DNA from: Clostridiales bacterium
GTDB lineage: Bacteria > Bacillota > Clostridia > Oscillospirales > CAG-272
DNA length: 64,000 bases
NCBI GenBank assembly: GCA_016288155.1
Contig: JAEEYP010000058.1
Span: forward strand, 1,364 to 65,363
Direction: 5' to 3'
Part shown: in pieces, positions 10,357-18,811 of the stretch
How the letters are laid out: each line of letters starts with the position of its first letter
Numbering within the stretch: position 1 is the stretch's first letter
Made by a program: the position numbers and the translations under genes
Notes under the pieces: generated by a model
What the model was told of the DNA's origin: nothing
The model's database searches: none
What the model saw: the letters and a program-made list of their open reading frames with translations, nothing else

Positions 10357-12093
10357 TCACGCGCCTGCTGTCAGCGCCGGCAGGCTCCGGGCCGGATCGC
10401 TGAGATAGAAGCCGGCGTCCTTCAGGACGGTCGCGTACTGCTTCTCGCCGGATCTGGCCGTTCCGTCGCCGTGGAGACCGTCCACAACGGCCTTCTCAGT
10501 TGCGCTCATTCGATCATATGCGGCCTTGCCGTAGTTCGGAGGGAGCCAGCCGCGGCCGCGGGCGGCATAGATGTTCAGGCGTTCCACCAGCGGCATGGCC
10601 GACGGCAGGAACTTTATGTGTGTCGTTCCTTTTTTGAACAGGTCGATCTTGAAATACTTGCACTCGATGTTCCGCGTCTGACCGGCAGCAGCCGCGGCGT
10701 GTAGCCGCTCCCTGAGGTCGACGTCTTCGGTCCGACCGCCGTCCAGATAATTGAACGCCTTTTCGATATCAGAAACGACATGGAACGCCGTGGAGACGTC
10801 GAACGCCTCCTTTTTCCAGCTGTACGACGAGAAAATACCTGATGTGGGGATGATGCACTTCGCGCCGATCTTGTGCGCCTTATTCGACGCCCAGCCGTTG
10901 TAGTAGTGACGGTTCGAGGAGCATTCCGGATACCATGCGTGTTCGAACGTCAGCTTGTCGAATAGGCCGTTGATGGCCTTCTCGACGCCCTCCATGATGG
11001 AGGCGTTCATCTCGGCGGCGATTTGTTTAATGTTGAATGCGGAGAATTCGTAATCGGCCATGCGCTCGATTCGCTCGCCGTACTTCTTCTGCATCTCGGA
11101 CGTCAGCCGGCCGGTGAATGCCGGATTCTCGAAGAGGGCCTGCCAGTATTTCAGCCGGACCGCTCTCATGTATTTCCGGTAGTCGAAACCTTTGAGGTAG
11201 TTGTCATCCGTGACGGTCAGCGTCAATATCGGCGAAGCGTCGAAACTGTCCTTCGCGTTCAGCCGGCGGCCGATGAACGGCTTCAGCGCGCGGTACTCCC
11301 GGACAAACGCCATCGTCGCGGCGCACTCGGTGCGGTACAGCGCGATCGCCTGCTCGATATAGTCGCCCGGGACAAGGGCGCGGAGCTCGACGTCAGGCTC
11401 GTCCATGTCCTCCTCCACGGCCTTCCGCATCCGATCCCAGATGGCACTGTTCTCCTTCACCTGCTCGAAATGGATCTTGACAATGGCCACGTCAACGCCG
11501 GCCGGACGCTCCGCATTGGCAAATGCGTTTCCGATGATCTCGGCATCCGCGTGATACTTTTCGAGCTGTCTGGACAGCAGCTTCCGTTCCATCGTGCACG
11601 GGTTCCGCAACGTCTCGGCGTTCAGCAGACAGACGATGGAGCCGCCGTCCTTCTGCATCTCGATCGCCCGGAGCAGGTGCTTGGCGCCCGCCGCGAACGG
11701 CGGATTCATCAGAATGAGGTCGTAATGCTTGTAGGTACGATACATCAGAAAATCGTCATGCACGACGTGGACGTCGACCCTCTCAAGCGCACTGGCGTCC
11801 GGATCGAACCGTCCGTCCGACCGCATCAGCTGCTTGCGGTGCTCGTCGGAAAACTGGTACTTCAGGATCTGCCGGAGTTGCGGGTCGATCTCGCAGCAGT
11901 CCACGTCCATTGTGTAAGCGTGCTGCGGGACACTGCGGGCGAGTTCCATGACAAGGTCACCTTTGCCCGCGGAGGGCTCGAGGACGGTCCGCACCATCCG
12001 AAAATCGACTCCCTCCAGCATCTTGCGCGCCACATCCGGCGGCGTGGGGTAGAACTGACCGTCCTGCGTGCTCGTAAGCTCTCTCGCTCTCAT
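10357..12093 (-). CDS. SAM-dependent DNA methyltransferase-like protein with DUF4942-type C-terminus
   Basis: QFYPTP, VLEPSAGKG, MNPPF; C-terminal YFKIDLFKKGTTHIKF. Confidence 0.85.
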   Translation of the reverse strand: MRARELTSTQDGQFYPTPPDVARKMLEGVDFRMVRTVLEPSAGKGDLVMELARSVPQHAYTMDVDCCEIDPQLRQILKYQFSDEHRKQLMRSDGRFDPDASALERVDVHVVHDDFLMYRTYKHYDLILMNPPFAAGAKHLLRAIEMQKDGGSIVCLLNAETLRNPCTMERKLLSRQLEKYHADAEIIGNAFANAERPAGVDVAIVKIHFEQVKENSAIWDRMRKAVEEDMDEPDVELRALVPGDYIEQAIALYRTECAATMAFVREYRALKPFIGRRLNAKDSFDASPILTLTVTDDNYLKGFDYRKYMRAVRLKYWQALFENPAFTGRLTSEMQKKYGERIERMADYEFSAFNIKQIAAEMNASIMEGVEKAINGLFDKLTFEHAWYPECSSNRHYYNGWASNKAHKIGAKCIIPTSGIFSSYSWKKEAFDVSTAFHVVSDIEKAFNYLDGGRTEDVDLRERLHAAAAAGQTRNIECKYFKIDLFKKGTTHIKFLPSAMPLVERLNIYAARGRGWLPPNYGKAAYDRMSATEKAVVDGLHGDGTARSGEKQYATVLKDAGFYLSDPARSLPALTAGA

Positions 12094-12446
12094 GCCTGCT
12101 CCTCCGTTTCTTTGTGCACGCGATCCCGCGTCTTGCTGGAGTCAAACGTGATCCTTTTGAATCCGATGCTGTCGCAGTAGTAGAACCCCGGCACAATTTC
12201 ATCCGCCGTAATGATCTCCACGACGTCCGACACAGAGAGGGAATGCCCCGTGAATCCCGCCGGGCGGGAATTGAACAGCGCATACACGTCTTCCAAATCG
12301 TGGAGATCGGCGATACCGTCGTAAATGCAGTCATAGATCCCGCTGTCGACGCCGGAATCGTGGCACGACAGCACCGTCTCAAGATCCACGAATGCCATAT
12401 GACGCGCGTCGCGCGACAAATCGATCTGATAGATCCTGAACCTCAT
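12090..12446 (-). CDS. YodL-domain protein
   Basis: IYQI...LEDVYALFN..PAGFTGHSLSVSDVV...YYCDSIGF. Confidence 0.85.
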   Translation of the reverse strand: MRFRIYQIDLSRDARHMAFVDLETVLSCHDSGVDSGIYDCIYDGIADLHDLEDVYALFNSRPAGFTGHSLSVSDVVEIITADEIVPGFYYCDSIGFKRITFDSSKTRDRVHKETEEQA

Positions 12447-12649
12447 GCCTGCTCCTCCTCTCCCGTCATGGCTGCGAGGAACGCCCTGTGAAGGATCCTC
12501 CGGTCCACAGCACGCAGATACCGAAACGACGCATCGTACGCCGTCATGAAGCGCTGCAAGTCCTTCGCGGCGATCGCCTGTTCCATCTCGAAGATCAGCT
12601 CCGTCGCCCGGCGGGCACAGCGTGCCTTCTCTTTTTCCCAGCTACTCAT
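12443..12649 (-). CDS. Hypothetical phage protein
   Basis: ORF with RBS downstream of promoter 12702-12730. Confidence 0.65.
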   Translation of the reverse strand: MSSWEKEKARCARRATELIFEMEQAIAAKDLQRFMTAYDASFRYLRAVDRRILHRAFLAAMTGEEEQA

Positions 12650-12701
12650 TGTTTGCCTCCGTCAATAATAATGTACAAGTCAAAGATTTTTGACTAACCA
12701 T

Positions 12702-12730
12702 ATTATACCGCGACGGAGGCTGTCTGTCAA
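12702..12730 (-). promoter_or_regulatory. SigA promoter for the YodL/MTase cluster
   Basis: TTGACA-N17-TATAAT with AT-rich upstream element. Confidence 0.8.
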
Positions 12731-12782
12731 GAACATTTTGCTAAAAATATCAAAAATATTTGATTCGCCAAAAAGACAAAGA

Positions 12783-12813
12783 AAAAGCCCGACCGGAAAT
12801 CCGGTCGGGCTTT
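12783..12813 (-). terminator. Intrinsic terminator
   Basis: AAAAAGCCCGACCGGA-AA-TCCGGTCGGGCTTT. Confidence 0.8.
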
Positions 12814-12820
12814 GCGTCTA

Positions 12821-13240
12821 TTACAGTCTGTCGATCAGCATTCGCAGGACGTCGCTGACAGTCCTGCGGCAGGATCGCGCGTACGTCTTGAGCTTGTCCA
12901 GCTCCTCTGGCGAGACGATCACGGACAGGCGGATCGGCTGCTCGCTCTCCGGGGCGCTGAACTCGTATGCGCAGATCTCCTCACCCATATAGGTGACGAT
13001 CCACGTGCGTGCCTCGTCATCTGTGAGAGGGATAAGCCGCTCCCCGGGCTCATATCGTCCGTGAGCCGTCCGACGGGCGTACCGGCTTTCTGGACCTCCC
13101 ACAGCGTGCAGGAAAAACTCCCCTGTACGCTTTCTTAGCAGAGTCTCCGTCTCATGCGCCTGACCAACACCGCGGGACGTTGTACCCACCTCTCGGGCGC
13201 TTTCGGTGTTGTACCGTTTGCCTTTGATGATCTGATTCAT
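12821..13240 (-). CDS. Phage protein with C-terminal ribbon-helix-helix-like domain, candidate repressor
   Basis: C-terminus IRLSVIVSPEELDKLKTYARSCRRTVSDVLRMLI; own promoter at 13265-13293. Confidence 0.65.
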   Translation of the reverse strand: MNQIIKGKRYNTESAREVGTTSRGVGQAHETETLLRKRTGEFFLHAVGGPESRYARRTAHGRYEPGERLIPLTDDEARTWIVTYMGEEICAYEFSAPESEQPIRLSVIVSPEELDKLKTYARSCRRTVSDVLRMLIDRL

Positions 13241-13289
13241 GCTCGTGCCTCCTTTTTTTTATTCATGATACCATGACTTTTGCAAAATG

Positions 13290-13645
13290 TCAATGCTTTT
13301 GGCATACGATGACGCGGGAATCTTCTTTGTATCGCTTTTCGGCCTCCGCCTTCGTGTAGCCGTAATATTGCCGCACGCCGTCCTCACCGTAAACCACCCA
13401 CGCGCCGTGTATGTTCCGCTCGGAGAAAAAGATCTTCATGCTGTTCACCTGTGCATTTCGCCGTTGATGAAGGTACAGTAGATGTACCACCCTTCGAGGA
13501 TACGTTCCCGGCACACCCAAAGGACTGAGTGCACCACAGCGTGCTTGCCCTTCTTATCCATGACGAAGTACCGCACGTCCGGGTACTCTAAGCTGCTCTG
13601 CCGGGCTCTTTCCATTGCCTCCCTGAGACTTTTCTTTTCGTTCAT
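13290..13645 (-). CDS. Two small hypothetical phage proteins
   Basis: MNEKKSLREA... and MKIFFSERNIHGAW... ORFs. Confidence 0.55.
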
Positions 13646-13697
13646 TCCACTCCTCCTGCCCGCGTACGACGCCCACGGGCGGGCGATTGTTATCGAA

Positions 13698-14871
13698 TCA
13701 GGCCGAGAGCTTGCAGCGCGTGAGGACCGTCTGAGCGACGCCGTCACGCTCGTCGTGCTTCTTCACGGTGCCGGTGATCTTCGTCGCGCCAGTAACTTCA
13801 CAGGGCGACGACGCGAACCACACCAGCGTGGCGCCGTCGGCGGCCATGAACCGGTACAGGTACGTCGTGCCATAATTGGTGTCCCACGACGTCACCAGAG
13901 CCGCTGAGCGAATCGGAACGGTGATGCGCTCCCCAACGGTGCCGATATGATGCGATCCCGCCTTAGCGGCCTCCTGCGCGGCCTGACGCTGCCGCTCGCG
14001 CTCCCGGTGCTCGCACCACTTCTCGTAGTCGCGCGGCAGATAGGCGATGCGTCCGACGTGTGACAGCTTGCACCACCCCTGCTCGATCAGCGGCCGGAGA
14101 TCGTAGGCGACGAGGACTTCCGCCGGCTGGAGATCCGGGGACAGCGCCCACTTCATGATCTCATCCGCCCGGGTGTACGCTGCTGCGTCCGGCGTGTAGC
14201 CGTCGCGCAGCTCGTCGCGGATCCGGACGGCGGTTGCTCCGGGAGCGTCAGACCGGACGAATCCGTGCTTGGCGATGGCCGCGACCGCCAGCGCGGTTGC
14301 CGTCCGAACTGGGAACAGATTGCCATGCCGTTCAACATCGTACTGGTCGCCGGTCGCCTCCGCGCTCTGAAGGAACGTGACGACCTCGGCGAACGCGATG
14401 ACCGACGCCGGGTTGATCCCGGTATAGTCCCGCAGACAGCTGCTGCCGACCTGATGCGTGACACCGTCATCCGATCGGACCATGAACGTGACGTTGCGGT
14501 CACGGTTTCGACGGCAGTGTTCGCACATCGGTGCGCAGGTACGCCACGCTTCCGGGAACGGCTGTCCGATCGGATACGTTGTGATCAGGTTACCGTTGTC
14601 CATGTGCTCCACCTTGGCCGTCAGTGTCCAACCGGGCGCCCTGACCGAGTCCGCGTCAACCTCCACGTCACAGGCGCTGACGGTGTACCTCGCGGCGACA
14701 TACGTCTCGTGGGTCGCCGGATCAAGCCCCTTGACCTCGATCTTCTGCGGGTGCTCCGGACCGATGGTAAACCGGATCGGCGTCCCGGAGAGCCGAACCG
14801 ACTTCCGGGACAGGGCCGTGAGCTTCTTCTCGACCGCATCGCGGTCGGCTGCAAAAAACGGTGATCGTCAT
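13698..14871 (-). pseudogene. Phage protein with C-terminal OB-fold-like domain, frameshifted near its start
   Basis: RBS and ATG at 14871 join the 322-aa ORF if one base of the A6 run at 14853-14858 is removed (MTITVFAADRDAVEKKL...). Confidence 0.7.
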
Positions 14872-14895
14872 GGTGTTCTCCTCACTTATGCGGTG

Positions 14896-14975
14896 CTGAT
14901 TTGGCGGGCTTGTGACCGCTCTGAGCCGCATTCCCGGCGGGGCTCTCCGGCCCCGCCGCCACTCTGCGTAGTCAG
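14896..14975 (-). ncRNA. Twister ribozyme (P5-type permutation), copy 2
   Basis: GCAGAGUGG-[9-bp P1]-G-GAAUGC-G-GC...GCGG-UCAC-AAGC-CCGC; both pseudoknots can form. Confidence 0.8.
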
Positions 14976-15787
14976 ACCTTATTGATCAGGGTCCTGAAGT
15001 GGAAGCATTGGACATTCCATCCGCCGGCACCTATGGTCTGGACCTTGGCCGTCCCGGCGTCGCCCTTGATGAACCCGTTCAGGTCGCCTTTATCACCGAC
15101 CGTAAGGCCCGCCGCGTCTGTGATCGTCCCCACAACGGTGTTCGTGCGCTCGATGATGAAATCGTACTTCCGGTCAGCCTCGTCGTTCAGATCCTTCGCC
15201 AGCTTCGCCATCGCCTCGTCCAGCGTACGCTCGCTCGTGTACGACCTCAGGTGCTCATACTCGCCGTCACGGACCTTCGTCTTGCCCTTGTACTTGTACT
15301 TGCGCCCGAAGCGCTCGTACTCGTACTCCTCATAGTAACCGTGGACCTTGCAGTAGAACGCATCCTGCGCCGCCTCGTAGGCTGCCCTCTTGGCCTTGTA
15401 CGCGTCGCTGCCGTAGAACTCCTCGCCGTAGGCTCTGTAGAGCTGGTAGACCGCTTCCTTCTCGTCGAAGAAGGCTTTCAGGCCTGTGCCGTAGAACAGC
15501 GTGCAGCGTTCCTTCCATTGCTTCAGGAACTCCAGAATCGCAGGGACGTTCCGGCTGCCGGCCTTCTGCTCGGCGACCGTCAGATCCGCACGGTAGTCCT
15601 CCAAAGCCTTCCGGGCGGCGTCCAGATCCCGGACGGTCCAGCGCAGGTCGCTCTCGCTGTAGTAGTAAGGGTTTTTCGTCCAGCCGGTAGCCTCGGCCTC
15701 GTGGATGCGCGCCAGCTTCTTCTCGAGCTTTTCGATCTCCTTCTCTTTGCCGGCGACTCTCTTCTGCAGAAATTCGATGGTAGCCAT
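14972..15787 (-). CDS. Hypothetical phage protein
   Basis: 271 aa, strong RBS and promoter; C-terminal GDLNG...TIGAGGWNVQCFHFR. Confidence 0.85.
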   Translation of the reverse strand: MATIEFLQKRVAGKEKEIEKLEKKLARIHEAEATGWTKNPYYYSESDLRWTVRDLDAARKALEDYRADLTVAEQKAGSRNVPAILEFLKQWKERCTLFYGTGLKAFFDEKEAVYQLYRAYGEEFYGSDAYKAKRAAYEAAQDAFYCKVHGYYEEYEYERFGRKYKYKGKTKVRDGEYEHLRSYTSERTLDEAMAKLAKDLNDEADRKYDFIIERTNTVVGTITDAAGLTVGDKGDLNGFIKGDAGTAKVQTIGAGGWNVQCFHFRTLINKV

Positions 15788-15843
15788 AACGGTTCTCCTT
15801 TTAGTCGTTAAATTTGACGAGTCAATCGTCCTTGACTGGCATC

Positions 15844-15872
15844 ATTATAACACTACTTTGGCATATTGTCAA
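15844..15872 (-). promoter_or_regulatory. Consensus SigA promoter with shared operator
   Basis: TTGACA-atatgccaaagtagtgt-TATAAT. Confidence 0.85.
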
Positions 15873-15956
15873 TACTATATTCAAAAATATTTGAAATATT
15901 TTTTGCCGGTCAAAAAAGGAGAGCCACCGCAGCTCTCCTTTCTGTGATCTCACCGT

Positions 15957-16193
15957 TTATTTGAAGCACTTGAAGCCTATCGCCGCTGCATGTGCGCAAA
16001 ACGCTTCTACCGTTTCCTTTGGTACGAATGAAGTAGTATGAATCGTTTTCCACTCACCGTAAGCGCCTTCGGGCGATTCAGGATCTTCTTCCCACTTCTG
16101 GTAGTATTCGCGGTACAGGTTGCTGTCGACTCTCTCAAAAACAATCTGTTCCTCGCCGTTCCTTATCAGCGTGATATACCGTTTCTTTCTCAT
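15957..16193 (-). CDS. Hypothetical phage protein
   Basis: MRKKRYITLIRNG..., GGAGG RBS. Confidence 0.65.
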   Translation of the reverse strand: MRKKRYITLIRNGEEQIVFERVDSNLYREYYQKWEEDPESPEGAYGEWKTIHTTSFVPKETVEAFCAHAAAIGFKCFK

Positions 16194-16226
16194 GCTCTCG
16201 CCTCCGCGTATGGCCGCCGCCCTTCT

Positions 16227-16290
16227 GCGCGCCCGGGGTTGTGACCGGGTCTCCCGCATTACCGGAGCTTTCGCTCCGTCACTCTGCGCG
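16227..16290 (-). ncRNA. Twister ribozyme (P5-type permutation), copy 1
   Basis: GCAGAGUGA-CGGAGC-GAAA-GCUCCG-G-UAAUGC-G-GG-AGAC-CCGG-UCAC-AA-CC-CCGG. Confidence 0.85.
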
Positions 16291-16440
16291 TTCAAGGGCC
16301 TTGAGGGCATCCTTGATCAGGATCATTACGATGTCGTGCTGTTCTTCCGGCGTCTTGGCGTCCCAGTTGACGCGCCCCATGACGACAATATAGGATTCGA
16401 CGACCATGTCGACGATCTTGTCAGCGGTGGTTTTTGTCAT
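16279..16440 (-). CDS. 53-aa hypothetical protein (not in the ORF track)
   Basis: MTKTTADKIVDMVVESYIVVMGRVNWDAKTPEEQHDIVMILIKDALKALERAE. Confidence 0.65.
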   Translation of the reverse strand: MTKTTADKIVDMVVESYIVVMGRVNWDAKTPEEQHDIVMILIKDALKALERAE

Positions 16441-16488
16441 TGTAGTTGCCTCTCTGCGTTTTAAGGCCGCCGCCCTTTTGATGATACT

Positions 16489-16517
16489 ATTATATCACTA
16501 CTTTTGCATATTGTCAA
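16489..16517 (-). promoter_or_regulatory. Consensus SigA promoter with shared operator
   Basis: TTGACA-atatgcaaaagtagtga-TATAAT. Confidence 0.85.
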
Positions 16518-16664
16518 TACCTTTTACAAAAATATTTGAAAAAATTTTGCTGGCCGAGTTTTACGGACTGGAGCCCGCCGGGACACCATTCGGGTGCCGC
16601 CATGCACAGCTGGGCTACACCCGAAAAGGCCCTCATCCTTCGACATCCCGCGGATCTCAGCCGA

Positions 16665-16925
16665 AATGTTACACGCACGCGCGTATATGAGCACGAATAC
16701 GTGCATTAGGCGGACGCACCGGGCGGTTTTACTGTCTATACGCCTATTTTGGGGTCTATTATATAAAAAATGTAACATTGTAACGGTAAGCTGAAAAGCC
16801 TTGTGGCATAAGGGTTTTTCCCGGTTACATTTTCGGTTACATAAACGTAACACTGTAACCGCAGAGCGTTACAATGTTACATTTCAAGAGGGAATTGTAA
16901 CACGATTGTAACGCAAAATGTAACA
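16665..16925. repeat. GTAAC/GTTAC iteron-like array, copy A
   Basis: 12 motifs in the same order and orientation as 43234-43503. Confidence 0.85.
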
Positions 16926-17017
16926 GTTCTTTTTGAGCCCTCCGGAGAACGAAAAAAAAAAGGCCGTGCACAGCCGGTTTTACCCGACTGCACACGGCCT
17001 TTTTGGCTCTGTTGCTC

Positions 17018-17233
17018 TTATTCGTCTTTGTCCTTGTTTGCCGCTCCGGCGGCGTCAATGGCCGCCTCGCCGACGATATACGCGACGACGGAGATTGCCG
17101 ACGTGACGACCCCCGCGAGTTGCGTATACTCCGACGCGTCGACGCCGAAGGCAGACGCGATCCCGATGATCACACCGATGATCGCCACCCAGAGCTTCCG
17201 GGACTTGAGCTTATCGAGGATTGTCCTTTTCAT
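17018..17233 (-). CDS. Holin
   Basis: KLKSRKLW plus two TM helices, YIVGEAAID. Confidence 0.8.
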   Translation of the reverse strand: MKRTILDKLKSRKLWVAIIGVIIGIASAFGVDASEYTQLAGVVTSAISVVAYIVGEAAIDAAGAANKDKDE

Positions 17234-17249
17234 GTTTTCCTTCCTTTCA

Positions 17250-18041
17250 TCACTGGATCGCCAGCTTGGCGAGGTTTTTCACGTGCACCGCCGCCGTCAC
17301 GACGGAACCGATGCCGATCACGACGCGGTCCCCGTTGACGGCGATCACGTCGTATGAGCTGTAGTACACGGCGAAGCGCCGGATACTGTGATAGACGTAC
17401 GGCGAGACGACTCGGACCTTGTCTCCGACGCGGATCGTGCTGTCCGCGGCAAAATACCCGTAGTCGATGTCCACGTCACCCCTCACTCCGTCTACAGGCG
17501 CCTTGGAGGGCTGCCATATCGTCGGACTGTACGCCAGCGCTTTGTCGGCCGTCACCCCCCAGTACGCAAGCCAGAGCGGGAGATCGGAGACGTCTCCGAG
17601 CCTGTACGTCAGATATCCCGGATTCGAGTACAGCATCGGTCTGTATCCGGCCCGGACGAGGATATCCGCGAATAGGTGGATCATCTGCGTGAGGGCGCCC
17701 TTCTCCGTCGGGAGGTTTGCATCGTCCTCCGCGTCGATCGCCGCCCACAGCGTCACCTTGTCCTTGACCGGCGCGACCGTCTTGATGAAGAAGGCAGCTT
17801 CCTTCTCCGTCTCGGCGATATTCCGCGCCGAGAGGTAGTGGTACACCCCGACCGGGATTCCGGCGCGGACCGCGCCTTTGAGGTGATTCATGAACATCGA
17901 ATCGGCGAACGGTCCGACGTTCGGGTTGGATGTCAGCTTCCCCTGCGACGCCTTCACCATCGCAAAGCTGACCCCGTCCGCCTTTGCCCGCTGCCAGTCG
18001 ATGACGGATTGCCAATTCGATACGTCGATTCCTTTGACCAT
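17250..18041 (-). CDS. Endolysin, GH25 muramidase
   Basis: GIDVSNWQ, VKASQG, GVYHY, IDAE, LWLAYW, VDID. Confidence 0.92.
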   Translation of the reverse strand: MVKGIDVSNWQSVIDWQRAKADGVSFAMVKASQGKLTSNPNVGPFADSMFMNHLKGAVRAGIPVGVYHYLSARNIAETEKEAAFFIKTVAPVKDKVTLWAAIDAEDDANLPTEKGALTQMIHLFADILVRAGYRPMLYSNPGYLTYRLGDVSDLPLWLAYWGVTADKALAYSPTIWQPSKAPVDGVRGDVDIDYGYFAADSTIRVGDKVRVVSPYVYHSIRRFAVYYSSYDVIAVNGDRVVIGIGSVVTAAVHVKNLAKLAIQ

Positions 18042-18051
18042 GAGCTTTCCC

Positions 18052-18372
18052 TCACTTTCCGACTGTGTCAGACGCGCTCTCCGGGAGGGCGATCACGTCC
18101 TCATACAGCTTTGTCGCCACGTCGTTACCTCCGAGGTCGTGATACGCTTGGTACGAGCGTTTCAAACTATCTTTTGCGTAAATAGGGCAGTAGCCCTTCA
18201 GGATGTACTCCTTGTGCTCCCGGATAATTTCGGCTCTGAGAAGACATTGCACTCCGTTTTCGAGCGCGTCGTTACGTTTGCGCAAATTCCGGACCGCGCC
18301 TGCGAGCCATGCGATCACCGCGCCGCACACAAAGGGTACGGCCCATTTCAGAACCAAATTTATGATCTCCAT
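18052..18372 (-). CDS. Holin-like membrane protein
   Basis: N-terminal TM; GVQCLLR...YHDLGGN. Confidence 0.7.
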   Translation of the reverse strand: MEIINLVLKWAVPFVCGAVIAWLAGAVRNLRKRNDALENGVQCLLRAEIIREHKEYILKGYCPIYAKDSLKRSYQAYHDLGGNDVATKLYEDVIALPESASDTVGK

Positions 18373-18528
18373 TTTTCATCTCCGATGTTTGTCAAGTTGA
18401 GGAGGGAGGGATTACCCGCACCAATTATAGCCGCCCGTCTCCCGCGTCGCTTTGACGCGCATAACGCGGCAAACCTCCCGGTGGGCATTTTACTGAGCCG
18501 CGTGGATATAGCACTGAGGCATGAAATG

Positions 18529-18765
18529 TTATTCGTTCACTTCGTTATCATCACTATCTTCGATCACGGGATGAAAATAGCACTGATACATCAGTTCGAA
18601 ACCCTCTTCGGTGATGATTGCCGCCGCGTGTTTCTCGACGGAAGAGATAGCTGCCGCCGCAAGGATCGTGTGGTACTTGCTCTCCGCCGCTTCACGTGTA
18701 GCGTGAGAGGTCACGAGGTGTGCGGTCTGCCCGCCAGTCGTTTGCAGTTCAATGACAAAATACAT
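18529..18765 (-). CDS. Hypothetical phage protein
   Basis: MYFVIELQT...AESKYHTILAAAAIS. Confidence 0.7.
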   Translation of the reverse strand: MYFVIELQTTGGQTAHLVTSHATREAAESKYHTILAAAAISSVEKHAAAIITEEGFELMYQCYFHPVIEDSDDNEVNE

Positions 18766-18811
18766 TTTGTTTTTTCTCCTTTTTATATTATTGAAATTTA
18801 GGGATACAAAA

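Noticed and set aside
16665-16925. CRISPR array interpretation of the GTAAC repeats
   Set aside because: Motifs are 5-6 bp in mixed orientation with irregular spacing; there is no repeat-spacer periodicity.
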